Shown here one piece after another: positions 51,646 to 63,846 of a stretch of DNA of 64,000 nucleotides. Source of the stretch: Okamejei kenojei (Eukaryota); assembly GCA_035221665.1 (NCBI GenBank), contig CM069168.1:13516001-13580000 (forward strand), given 5' to 3'. The position numbers and the translations under genes were made by a program. Below the pieces are notes generated by a model. The model was not told the origin of the DNA and searched no databases. It worked only from the letters and a program-made list of their open reading frames with translations. Positions within the stretch are counted from its first letter, which is position 1; the number at the start of each line of letters is the position of its first letter.

Positions 51646-53049
51646 TATAAGACACTAGGGTATCACCTTGGTATTTTCGGGGGCAAAGGTGGACGAAATT
51701 AGAGTGACTGGGAAAAAGAGAATAACTTTTAGCTTTCATCTTCACCTACATTGCGCAACACTCTCCCCCCCCCCCCAAACAAAAGTGCCTTCATCATTAA
51801 CTCTCAAGTGTACTCACATCTCCTGGTGAGTGAGAATAATAGGAGTCCAATAACATTTCCCAAGCTTACAAGGAAAACATAATAGACAATAAAACAAAAT
51901 GCTGGAGTAACTCAGCGGGTCAGACAGCATCTGTAGAGGGAATAGACAGATGGTGTTTCGAGTCAGACCTGTATTCGGTCTGTAAATGCTGCCAGATCCA
52001 CTGGATTGCACCAGCACTGTATTCGATTCACGATTCAAGCATCAGCAGTTTCTTGTGACCCCAAACATAATAGCTAATTGCCTTAAATTTCCTTCCAGAA
52101 AAGCAAAAAATGAGACGACTAACTTAAACTGCATCATCAACATGAAACAAACTCCTATTCCCTCTCCACAAATGCTGCTTGCCCTTTGAGAATTGCCAAA
52201 ATTATGTGCATTTCATTTCAGATTTCCAGCATCTGCAGCTCCTTATTTCTTTTGCTTGTTGCTATAACAACAGATCTACATGATGGCACAGATTAAATAT
52301 CTGGCTGAGTTTCCAAAGACAAACCATTAGCTGGATCTTTTCCTGCATGGATTAGGAAGCCACATTTTCCCCAGTGCAGAAATGAATGACTCAATGCTAC
52401 CCAAGATTTTCCCACCACATATTCTTTGCTTTCTTTCCCTTACTATACGGATATAAACAGCTGTGCGGCACACCACCTGTTCTTGCCAAAACTAAGTTTG
52501 CATCAAAGTGTTCTAAACCGCTTCACAGAAACACGAGCAGAATAACCCTAATTATTGACGGCTATAGTTTCTAGCCAAGTCGAGGTGTGATCAAAATCAT
52601 GGTCCATAAGATATGTCCCTTTTGAGGGAAAACCTGCAATGAAACCTAGGATTCAAAGGGGGCAGAAGTAGTGGGGAGTTTGTGGAGGGTTTATAAGATT
52701 GCAATTATCATAGATGAAGATTGGCCGGGGATAGGATCACTGATGAAATTTTCAAAATCCAAACATAGCCAGACATTATTTTTCGACATTAGTGCCAGGA
52801 GCAATAATGCCAGGAAAAAATTCCACAACAATGGAAATGCGCTATTTATGGGTTCTATTTACTTCCTAGGACAGTAGGACAAAACACAATAAATGACAAA
52901 CTTTTACACACAAGCTCCCACAATAGCATATTTTAGCCCACCATGGTATCCATTTTCCTGCAAGCTTCCAGTAATTTGATGTGCAAGCCAGCAAGGTCCA
53001 ATAGTTTTAATAATATATTTTCACTACCTTCTGTACCTTTACACGCCTC

Positions 53050-53175
53050 TAGTTTCCCTCTCCCCCGATTCTCAGTCTGAAGAAGGGTCTCGACCTGAAA
53101 CGTCACCTACCCCATTTCTCCAGAGATACTGCCTGACCCACTGAGTTAGTCCAGCATTGCGTGTCTATCTTCGGT
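53050..53175 (+). mobile_element. Penelope-like end with hammerhead motif (53077-53104)
   Basis: CTGAAGAAGGGTCTCGACCTGAAACGTC followed by the family tail. Confidence 0.7.
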
Positions 53176-54299
53176 ACAGCTGCAAATCTCCGTTCCAATA
53201 TTCTTCACTCAGACTTAGATTTTAAGAATGAAAGCAATGTAGATGGCTACGAACACCTGTGTTGCAGTACTACCGAGCCACATCTCACTGAATATCACTG
53301 GAAAACAACACACTGACCAAATACTCTTCCTGCAGCTTCAAGTGACAGGAAAATACTGTTTGTTTTTGCTATTCTGAATAATTCAGCTTCATTGTTTGAG
53401 AACAGAAAGCTTCTGGAACAATGCCGAATTCACACAATGAGTATCAATACTGTTTTTATGTTTTTTGTGGCAAACATTTGTTTCCTGCCTTAAATCTCAA
53501 AAATAGAAAATAAAATCCAACAGATTACACAAAATACTTCTACAGGGAGAATGGCTAAAGACAAATCTTACATACAAGATTTTAAACTAACAAATTTCTC
53601 ATGGGAAAGAAAAATACTGAATGCCTTAAAAGTTATGAGGCAAAGTGCAGATCTTTCGACCTTTCCATTCCACTGAGTATCCTTGTATTTGGAACGAGAT
53701 TTTCAACTTAGCTACTGTTCTTGCACACAAACCACATTCAAATCTCAGCCGTCATGTGTCCCTGACAGACATTTGGATTGCCCAGATAGGCATTTGAAAT
53801 TGTGTTCAAACCCAAATCCCACACATCAAAGCAGACCCTCAAGAGCCAGTGGGCACACCGGCGTCTCAAAGTGGACGAGGAGCATTCTGGAAGATACAGG
53901 TTACAATTGGCTGCCTAATGAATAACCCGCGTACAAACAAGCATTTGAGAGTCCGACTAGATGAATTTGCTGGCTGCTCTGGGACTGTAGGCATTTTTTG
54001 CTGAGAAAAATGCTCAGTCGCATCACCGACATGCAAACTGTTCGGGTTCGGCATCAGGGTCACGCCACATTAAAATTTACTTACCTGGTAGCCACCACAT
54101 GCCCTATCTGTGGAAGTCTAGAGTTTCCTGATGGGCCTCATCATCCAGCTCACATCCCACAAAACCAGTGACCAGGAAATAAGTCATCCACAATCCCGCG
54201 AGAGTGCCAAGAAGAAAGTCATCCACACCCAAAGCAAGGTAACTAAAAAAAATAGGTCATAGTTTCTAAGATTCCAATAGCTTAAATGATTTAGTCAAA

Positions 54300-55100
54300 A
54301 TAGTCATATGACAGGAACATTGGCCCTTGGGCCCAACTTGTCCATGATGCCCCATCTAAGCTAGTTCCATGTGCCAGCGTTTGGCCCATATTCCTCTCAA
54401 CCTTTTCAAATGTCTTTAAAACATTATTGTACATGCCTCAACAGCTTCCTGTGGCAGTTTCTTCCATCTATCCACCACCCTCTGTATGAAAACATTGACC
54501 CTCAGATATCTATTAAATCTTTCCCATCTCACCTTACGCCAACAATTCTCCTACTCTGGAAACAAGACTGTGCAGTAACCCTATCTATTCCCCTCGTGAT
54601 TTTATACACCTCTGTAAAATCGACCTTCAGCCTCCTGTACTGCAAGAAATAAAGTCCACGCCTGCTCAACCTCTCACTATAACTCAGGCCATCGAGTCCT
54701 AGCAAAATCCTCATAAATCTTCTCCACACAGTTTCCAGCTTAATGACATCTATCCTATGGCAGGGCATTCAATCCTCCAAGTGCAGCCACACCAACATCT
54801 TAACTGCAACATATTGTCCCAACTTCTGTCCTCAATTGGCTGGCGAACAAAGGGGCAGCATGCCAAAACCTTCTTCACGACCCTGTCTACTTGTGACACC
54901 ACTTTCAGGGAACAATGTACCTGCACTCCTTCATATCCCTGCTCTATAACACTCCCCAGGGCACTACCATTCACTGTGAAGATGTTGCCATGGTTTGAGT
55001 TCCCAAAATGCAAACCCCACTTATATGAATTAAACTCCACTTCCTCAGTCCACCTGCCCAGATAAGTAAGATCTCACTGCAATTCTTAACCTTCATCACT
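54300..55100 (-). mobile_element. CR1-clade LINE ORF2 3' fragment
   Basis: Minus frames LHFGNSN..GVQVHCSLKVVSQVDRVVKK and DVIKLETVWRRFMRILLGLDGLSYSERLSRRGLYFL..RRLKVDFTEVYKITRGIDRV. Confidence 0.8.
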
Positions 55101-55757
55101 GGATTTCAGTATTATTTGCGAAGGAAAATCCCCAAGGCATAGGGCAGCAACAACTCCACTTGTGCAATGTGTATCACCAATCGTCAAAGATACGCAGATC
55201 CAGTGTGCAATGTCTATCACCAAAGAAAGAGCATGATAGGCATATTTGTTTGATTGCCCAGGTCAAAATCCAGGCATCAACAACCCATTATTGATGCATC
55301 ATCAACTCAATGGGAGGAAGAACACTTGCAATGTTAGACAAAAGTGCTGGAGAAATTCAGCGCAGCAGCATCTATGGAGCGAAGGAAATATCGTTTCGGG
55401 CCAGTCAGAATGATATCATCAATGTTTGTTATATCAATGTTGTTACCAACTCTAGTATGACAGAAGAAAAACACTGACATGTAACTATCTTAGATCGGGC
55501 ACCTTGGTCAACAAGGACAACTTGGGTCGAAAGGGCCCATTTCCATGCTGTATGACGTAATTTAAACTCTTCACCACTAATTTCTCACTACGCTTTTCAC
55601 CAGCTCATGGGTTCTTTATGGGTTCTTATGCAACAGATTTTGCAGAACAAGATCTGTGGGCGTCTCATTCACTTTTCTTTACAGCCGCAGCTCACGTGGG
55701 AAATAAGCTGTTCACATTCTCTTTTGCACTTTGCCTAAATTCCTGTAGCAACATGCC

Positions 55758-57167
55758 AAAAGATCAACAACACTGAAAATCAAGCACTGGGCAGGAAAAA
55801 GACATTCCACATTACAAGGTGTGGATTGCAGGTCTAGCGGCACTGAGCAATTGGCAACACTGTGCTAAAAGGTTTTTGATTTTGCCTATTTTAGGTAACA
55901 CTTGACCAACAACTTTGCACATTCCTGCAAGGGAGTCCACAAGAATATTATTTCAGCTCCTCAGCCAGAAGACTGTAATACCCAAACTACTTAGCTTATC
56001 TGATCTCCCTATGGCCCAGCACTTCAACTCACCCTCCCATTTCCAAACTGACCTTTCTGTCCTGGGCCTCCTCCATTTTCAGAGTGAAGCTCAGCGCAAA
56101 TTGGAGGAACAGCACCTCATATTGCACTTGGGTAGTTTATACCGCAGCGGTATGAACATTGACTTCTCTAACTTCAGATAGCCTTTGCTTTCTCTCTCCT
56201 TCCCCTTCCCAGTTCTCCCACTAGTCTGAAGAAGGGTCTCGACCTGAAACATCACCCATTCCTTCTCTCCATAGATGCTGCCTCACACGCTGAGTTACTC
56301 CAGCATTTTTGTGTCTACACCCAAACTACTGGTCCACAATCAGGCAATGCAATCACAGTACTAAATCTGGGCTTTGTGGCCTCAATCTATAACTGAGCAT
56401 GACATGTGCCTACTATGTTAAATACTGGAAATTATCCATAACTTCTCCAACCAAAACCACATCCACAGTGCTGCCCCAACGCTGGATACTACAGCCACAC
56501 ATTTCAATGCAAGACAACCAGAGACAAAGATGACGGCATGCAAATACAATCAGAATTATTGACATCAAAACAGCTTGGTATGTGGTCAATGCTATTTCAG
56601 TAAGCAGCTGCTGAACAATCAGGAGTGGGGATAGAAAAATAGTTGTCCTCGCTTTACACCTGGCCCACCCAATCCATTTCCTGGTCTTCCAATTATCAAA
56701 TTAAACCAATAGCTCAATTCGTGCATCATACTCGTGTGTTACGGGTTTCTACCCCCATTCCAAATACCAATAACACAGGCACCAACAGAATCCTGCTGCT
56801 CAGTCCACATCACAACATACGTTGCTCCTTTAACTCCAAAGCATAAAGCCTTCCAGGGCTGAATGTCAGCAGGGATGACATGGCACCCAAATCATATCCT
56901 AGTTTCACCCAAAACTCTATACAGGTCATTGGATAGTGAACACGAGTAAACATTTATAGGACAGCACAGGCCCTTTGGCCCACCATGGTTGTGCCAGTCA
57001 TCATGTGCAAAGTTGTTGGTCAAGTATTACTTAAAATAGGCAAAAGCAAAAGCCTTTTAGCACAGTGTTGCCAATTGCTCAGTGCCGCTAGACCTGCAAT
57101 CCATACCTTGTAATGTGGAATGTCTTTTTCCTGCCCAGTGCTTGATTTTCAGTGTTGTTGATCTTTT
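55758..57167. repeat. 165-bp inverted duplication (55758-55922 vs 57003-57167)
   Basis: Hand alignment shows 5 substitutions and no gaps. Confidence 0.9.
55992..56318 (+). mobile_element. Penelope-like retroelement 3' fragment (GIY-YIG C-terminus plus hammerhead-like motif 56226-56253)
   Basis: DLPMAQHFNSPSHFQTDLSVLGLLHFQSEAQRKLEEQHLILHLGSLYRSGMNIDFSNFR*; flanked by direct repeat ACCCAAACTACT (55980-55991, 56319-56330). Confidence 0.85.
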
Positions 57168-57250
57168 AACTGTCAACTAATCCCATATGCACCCCCCCTT
57201 TACCCACCTGGACTCGCTCCAATTTCTCTAATCCCCCTCCTACATTCCTT

Positions 57251-57501
57251 NNNNNNNNNNNNNNNNNNNNNNNNNNNNNNNNNNNNNNNNNNNNNNNNNN
57301 NNNNNNNNNNNNNNNNNNNNNNNNNNNNNNNNNNNNNNNNNNNNNNNNNNNNNNNNNNNNNNNNNNNNNNNNNNNNNNNNNNNNNNNNNNNNNNNNNNNN
57401 NNNNNNNNNNNNNNNNNNNNNNNNNNNNNNNNNNNNNNNNNNNNNNNNNNNNNNNNNNNNNNNNNNNNNNNNNNNNNNNNNNNNNNNNNNNNNNNNNNNN
57501 N
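57251..57501. other. Assembly gap (251 N)
   Basis: Run of N. Confidence 0.99.
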
Positions 57502-59315
57502 TGTGTATACACACTGAACTTTTCTCTTTACATTGTTTACAGAGTACTATATTTACATTCTGTTGTGCTGCAGAGGTAAGAATTTCATTGTTCTATCATG
57601 ACAATAAAACACACTTGACTCTTGAGGTAATACTTGTGGACATGAGCAAGGGTAGGTTTTTGGTGCTTTTATTTATTCCTCATATAATCTTGTATAACCA
57701 AAACGGGTTACTTGATTCCAAACCAAAGATTAAATACCCAAAGAGAAACTTGGACAAAATAGTCCATTCACCCATGGGCCTTACTGGTCTGCATTGTTAA
57801 ACCCCACCCTGCAATTAACACACGGGGTATTGATGAAGCCCGTCATCAGAGGCTTGTCAGAGCATGCATTTAAACTCCACCTAAAACGATCTTGTAAAGT
57901 TTTACTGACAAGCTTGTGTGCATTCTTTAGTCCTGATCTACACCAGACACCAACGTGATATTTCACCCACTTTCTGTAGTGTAAATTTTTTACTTTGGAA
58001 AATATGAAGATCAACATTTCAAGCATCCTATAGTAATAATGGCAAGAGTAAAAATTACTTCAACTGTTCTCATACTGACTGCAGGGCTAAAGTAAGCCCT
58101 CGTTTTTAGGGACCACTATAACGGGTCTACTGAACTTCACCACAAGGACGGACTGCCAACTCCACCCTTGAGCTGCATCGTCTACCTGGTCAGGCTGCCA
58201 AAGGCAATGCTGCCCCCACCCACACTGCCCTACCCAGTCGCTTCCAGGCTGGGCTGCCGACACCAACCCTGGCAACACCATCGCCAGCCCACACAGCTTC
58301 CTTGGCTTGCATTACTGTATTGAGACCATGGAGCTTTGTGAGTTAGCGCAGGTAAAGCTTTGCTTTAATGTTTCAGCTGAAAAAAAAGGCACCTCTGAAG
58401 AGCGCAGTTCTTCTCCCAGTCCCACAACAGAATTAAAGTCAATTCACCAATTGCCAATTTGAATGAATGATTTCATGGGTAGCACACACAACTGAAAGTC
58501 TAATAAAAATAGTAAGCACTCAGTAGGTTAGGTAACCTGTGGAAAGAGAATACAGAGTACAGTACATGAACAGGTCTTTCAACACACAATGTCTACGGTG
58601 ATGACAATTTAAATTAAGCCCATCTGCCTACATATGATCTATGTTCCTCCAATTCCTGGCTGTTCACATGCCTGTCTAAATGTCTCTTATACATTAGTAC
58701 CTCCATTGCCTTCTCATCAGTGCATTCCAGTCACCTATTACTCGATGAATAAAAACATGCCTTGTGAATCTCCTTTAAACTCGCCCTCTCTTACCTTAAG
58801 GCTATGCCCTTGAGTGTTTGACATTTAATCACAGCAAACCCCTTAGATTCGCTCGTGTGTGAATGGTAAAAGCACAGAACATATTGCAGCATGCGTACGC
58901 TGACACGTTTCCTTAAATCCGGTAATAAAACTTAGGAGTATAATTCTGTTATATAGAACCGGCAACTTTAATCATCAGTCCTGACTAACCATCAGCTTTG
59001 ATATACTGAAAGGTCCCAGCTATCTGTCCATTCCCTCCACAGATCCTGCCTGGTCGGCTGAGTTTCTCCAGCACTTCATGTTTAGATTTTATATACTGTT
59101 CAATGCTAATATTTAAACATATTCCACAACTTATGAAATACAAGCTCTTCTGTAAAATTTGGTCTGCCAAATGTTTTAATATTCTCTGGGCAAAGGGGAT
59201 GTAGTTCAGGAAAGGATTCCTTGTGTGCTCTTCTGTTGTTTCACAATAGGGAACAGCACCTCTCACCTACTGCAGTTCTACCCTATCATTAGGAGCAAGA
59301 AGGTCCTACTGCACG

Positions 59316-59524
59316 TAGACACAAAATGCTGTACCTCAGCAGGATAGGCAGCATCTCTGGAGAGAAAGAATGGGTGACGTTTCAGGTCGAGACCCTTCTT
59401 CAGTCTCGACCCGAAACGTCACCCATTCTTTCTCTCCAGAGACGCTGCCTGTCCCACTGAGTTACTCCAGCACTTCGCGTCTACCTTCGATTTAAACCAG
59501 CATCTGCAGTTCTTTCCTACACAC
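59316..59524. mobile_element. Penelope-like end hairpin centred on the hammerhead motif
   Basis: 59316-59403 (motif on minus at 59376-59403) is followed directly by an inverted copy starting tctcgacccgaaacgtc at 59404. Confidence 0.75.
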
Positions 59525-59529
59525 AAGGT

Positions 59530-60232
59530 CACTGTATGTTGTACAGGGCCCTGGTGAGACCGCACCTGGAGTATTTATGTGTAATTTTCGTCTCCTAATT
59601 CGAGGAAGGGCATTATTGCTATTGAGGGAGTACGTACAGCGTAGGTTCACCAGGTTAAGTCCCAGGATGGCGGGGCTGACATATGATGAGAGAATGGGTC
59701 GACTGGGCTTGTATTCACTGGAATTTAGAAGGATGAGAGGGTATCTTATAGAAACATCAAAAATTCTTAAAGGAGTGTAAAATTTGGTCAGCCATGATCA
59801 CAATGAATGGGTGCTGGCTTAAAGGGCCGAATGGCCTCCTCCTGCACCTATTTTCTATGTTTCTGTTTCTATGAGTGGACAGGCTAGATTCAGGAAAAAT
59901 AATTCCGATGTTCAGGGAGTCCAGAACCAGGGGTCACAGTTTAAGAATAAGGGGTAGGCCATTTAGGACTGAGATGAGGAAGAGTTGTGAATCCAGATTC
60001 ACACCCAGAGAGTTGTGAATCTGTGGAATTATCTACCACAGAAGGTAGTGGAGGCTAATTCACTGGATGTTTTCAAGGGAGAGTTAGATTTAGCCCTTGG
60101 AGCTAAAGAAATCAAGGGATGTGGGGAAAAAGCAGGAACAGGATACTGATTTTAGATGATCAGCCTTAAGCTTATTGAATGGAGGTGCTGGCTCGAAGGG
60201 CTTTACTGCATCTAGTTTTCTATGTTTCTATC
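59530..60232 (+). mobile_element. CR1-clade LINE 3' fragment with a nested second CR1 tail (about 59785-59873)
   Basis: LYRALVRPHLEY...VQRRFTRLSPRMAGLTYDERMGRLGLYSLEFRRMRGYLIET; ttttctatgtttctat tail. Confidence 0.85.
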
Positions 60233-60472
60233 TTATCTTAGTAGGAAGCAACTACAGACAGACTCTGAAGATAGACTCAGCGGAGTAACTCAGCGGATCA
60301 GGGAGCACCTCTAGAGAAGAGGAATGGCAAAATAAATTCTAATAACAAGATATAGCGACTGAGGTACTGCTACCTAAACCACTCTTGAGATCATGTCTTG
60401 CCCCCAGTTCGCATTGGAATTGGGCCTCTAACAGAAATATTTTGTTTAAATTCATGGTTCTGGACTTGACAG

Positions 60473-60801
60473 CTCGGGAGTATGAGAGAATACAAGTTGC
60501 ACTGCACAACAAGTCACAATCACCAGGGGATGTGTTGTGTTGTATAGCATTAACTTGCTGAATCTAGTTATTTTTGAGGTGTTACAAATCGGGGAATAGA
60601 CGGGGGGGGAAAATAATGGTTGATAAACTCATGTGTTGAGAATGGTCAGTTTTAAGGATGAAATTTTAATTTTGCTCCAGTCTATCACCCGAATTACAAC
60701 ATCAAAAATAACTAGATTCAGCAAGTTAATGTTATACAACACAACCCCTGGAGCTTGTGACTTGCTGTGTAGGGCAACTTGTACTCTCTCATACTCCCGA
60801 G
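60473..60801. repeat. Imperfect inverted repeat, about 125-bp arms (60473-60601 vs 60680-60801)
   Basis: ctcgggagtatgagag...cattaacttgctgaatctagttatttttga is mirrored on the right arm. Confidence 0.85.
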
Positions 60802-61974
60802 TGTGTGCAGGCAGCAGCTTTCAATGGCAGGTTCAATCATCTTAAACTGGTGCAAAGAGGAGGAGCATGAACGAAGCAGGCACCATGGTCCTCCAAGTGG
60901 AGAGTTAGCCATAAAGAGACTAAAATGTTACAGATAGGGGAAAACAAATGGTCGGCACGGACTGGAAGGGCCGAGAGGGCCTGTTTCCGTGCTGTAATTG
61001 TTATATGGTTATATACGGGTAATACCAACTGGACTGCATGGGTGGGCTTTCTTATCGTAAACAAATGGGCGGAAGAGCGTCACTGACCTAAATACCAGAA
61101 TTAACATGGATCGTAAGGAAGCAAACCGATCACGAGTTTAACTCTACCCAAGAAGAACTGTGAAACCAATAAGCACGCTCAATTTTTGTTGCACCAGAAA
61201 GTAAGTGCTTGTGAAAACTGATGATCGGGTAAACATTGGCTGAATATGGAATCACGAGGAAAAGGAACCTGCCACTACTATCTCATTTAAACATGCAGCT
61301 CGACCCACACACTAGGCTTGGCCCAGTTCTAAACCTGGCAGTGTCAGAACCCCGTAAGCCCATCAGAGCAGTCCAGGCAGTAATTGATCAAAAGGATAGT
61401 CTGGAACTTTCACCATCACATCTAATTTTCATGTCCACCACATCCCTCACAAACATTTTTACAAACACATAATAAAATGTTTACAAGATAAATATCCAAC
61501 TCTATCTCTCCATTATTCCAGGGACAGGTTATTAAACCCACAATTTAAAAAAAAAATCAAAATATTCAGGGTTGGGTCACAGGGATGACACATCTGCTGA
61601 TGCACAATGCCTTTTTCCATCACGCAATTCACATAAAAAAATTAAAAAAAATGAAGGCACTCCTCAGCCAGGGTGTAATGCCAATGTCCTACAAGTGATG
61701 AAACTGCTCAGCAAATATTTTTTTTACAATGTCTGTAAGTACAGGTAATCTTAGTATTACCTCATTGCATAAGACTCCATAGAACAGAAGAAAGGGGACC
61801 AGTTGTGGATCCAGATCAGAAATAGTGACACACCTCTGTCTGATTCTCACAATGAAATTGAGTCACAAGATGCAAATCCAATGTTCAATTCCTGGTGTAT
61901 ACTCAGCTGGAACTGTGGACAGGGGGCTTCTCAATTGCCTTAAACATGTGTATCTAGGGTTTTCTCCCAAAGAC

Positions 61975-62245
61975 GGGTGGCACAGTGGTGGCGTTGCCGC
62001 CTTACAGCGCCGGAGACCCGGGTTAGATCCTGACCACGGGCGCTTGTCTGTACGGAGTCCGTATGTTCTCCCCGTGACCTGCGTGGGTTTTCTTCAGGAT
62101 CTCTGGTTTCCTTCCATACTCCAAAGACATACAGGTTTGTAGGTTAATTGGTTTGGCATAATTGTAAATTGTCTCTAGCGTGTTGGATAGTGTTAGTGTG
62201 TTGGGATCGCTGGTCGGTGTGGCCGAAGGGCCTGTTTCTCTAAAC
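61975..62245 (+). mobile_element. tRNA-derived V-SINE (HE1-like)
   Basis: gggtggcacagtgg...ccgggttagatcc head and ggtttccttccatactccaaagac core. Confidence 0.75.
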
Positions 62246-62766
62246 TATATCACACAGCGACTATTCGTGAAACATCAGGTGAAATCAGGGCCCGACTTAA
62301 TAAGCGAGTTCAGTATTCCGAAAAACGCAAGGAATCATGGGATTTGTCAACGGTCATTTGTGATCAAGAAAAGGCGAACGAAGCGCTGGCTGTATAAAAC
62401 AGTGTATAAATTGTTAACTATTCTACCAATGAATTTATCTAGAATTCTGTCAACTCAATAACTACCTTCCTTGTTCTGCTGTTCACACACTACTCACACA
62501 GTCCCAGTTCACTTCATCAATCTGCAATTATGAGATATTCAAAAAGTTAAAGAATTTACTATTTTCATTTAATCCTTAATGTTTGCCACTGGAATAAGAA
62601 AATATTACTTGTGTTTGAAACATTTTCTTATCTTTATTCATAATTTATGTGTAAAAATATATTTAATCTGAGGAACGGGGGTGCCAGGTAGCGTGAGAGT
62701 GGGGTGTAACAGTGAGAGAGAAGGGGCAGATGCGAGTTGGAGACAGACGGAGAGACAGACGCAGAG

Positions 62767-63767
62767 GAGCTGCTGCGTGTACAGACCCGCGTTTCATCCG
62801 TTGTCAGGATCAGCGGTTCTCCGGCGCTACAAGCGCTGTTGAATTGCTACTGGACCGTCCCAGTCCCCTCCCGAGTGCCTCATCCCTGTCCGGGAGCGGC
62901 CGGAGATGCCCGGGGTGACCCTGGACCAATGGGACACCGGCCCGGAGCAGTGTCAGCCCCAAGCTTGCAGCCAGCGTGGGGAAGAAGCACTAACTCCAGC
63001 TCAACTCTGCTCCAACTCCCGAGGAACGCGTTCCCCAACGGGCCAGAGACAGTCAGCTGCACCTCTCGCCTTATCCAGTGGCTATCGGTTAAACCCCTAG
63101 GTGCCGGCGAAAGCCAAGCACCAGTCATCAGCGGGGACACCCACTAAATGCTGGAGTAACTCAGCAAGTCAGGCAACATCTCTCGACCCATAACGTCACC
63201 AATTCCTTTTCTCCAGAGATGTCGCCTGCCCCGCTGAGTTACTCTAGTATTCTGTGGATATCCCCGTTGATGACTAGTCCCCGGCCCGTTGGGGAACGGG
63301 TTCATCGGGAGTTGGAGCAGAGTTGAGCTGGAGTTAGCAATTCTTCTTCATGCTGGCTGCAAGCCTGGGGCCGCCATTGCTCCGGGCCGGTGTCCCGTCA
63401 GTCCAGGGTCACCCCGGACATCTCCGGCCGCCCCCGGACTGGGATGGGACACTCGAGAGTGGACGGTAGTGACACTCTGCCCACCAATCTGCCTCATGGG
63501 GTTATGCAGGAGAGGGGTGTGTAGTTCATCCCTGTACAATAACCCTGTATTACCCAGGAGGGCAACGGAGTGAGAATGGAACCCATACACCCAGGCTGAG
63601 GGGGACCAATCATTAGATTGTCACTGCAGAGATTTCTGCATGGAACAGTGGAGAAGGGGGAATAGTTTTGTTAACTCCAGTAGCAATTCAACAGCGCTTG
63701 CAATGCTGGAGACCCGGTTCGATCCAGACTACGGATGAAACACAGGTCTGTATACATGCAGCAGCTC
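62767..63767. repeat. About 1-kb interrupted palindrome centred on a Penelope end hairpin
   Basis: Arm pairs: 62767-62854/63676-63767, 62854-63044/63283-63467, 63121-63144/63255-63278. The central 63146-63253 is itself inverted. Confidence 0.85.
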
Positions 63768-63846
63768 AGCTGCCGAGAATCTTTTTCTCGAGTGACCTAT
63801 GACCTGGGCCTGCACAGTCAGAATACCAAGCTCACTTATTATACTA

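Noticed and set aside
57200-57514. ORFs spanning the N run
   Set aside because: Artefacts of the assembly gap.
62712-63590. Similar ORFs on opposite strands suggesting a gene pair
   Set aside because: Explained by the inverted duplication; no recognisable protein or splice pattern.
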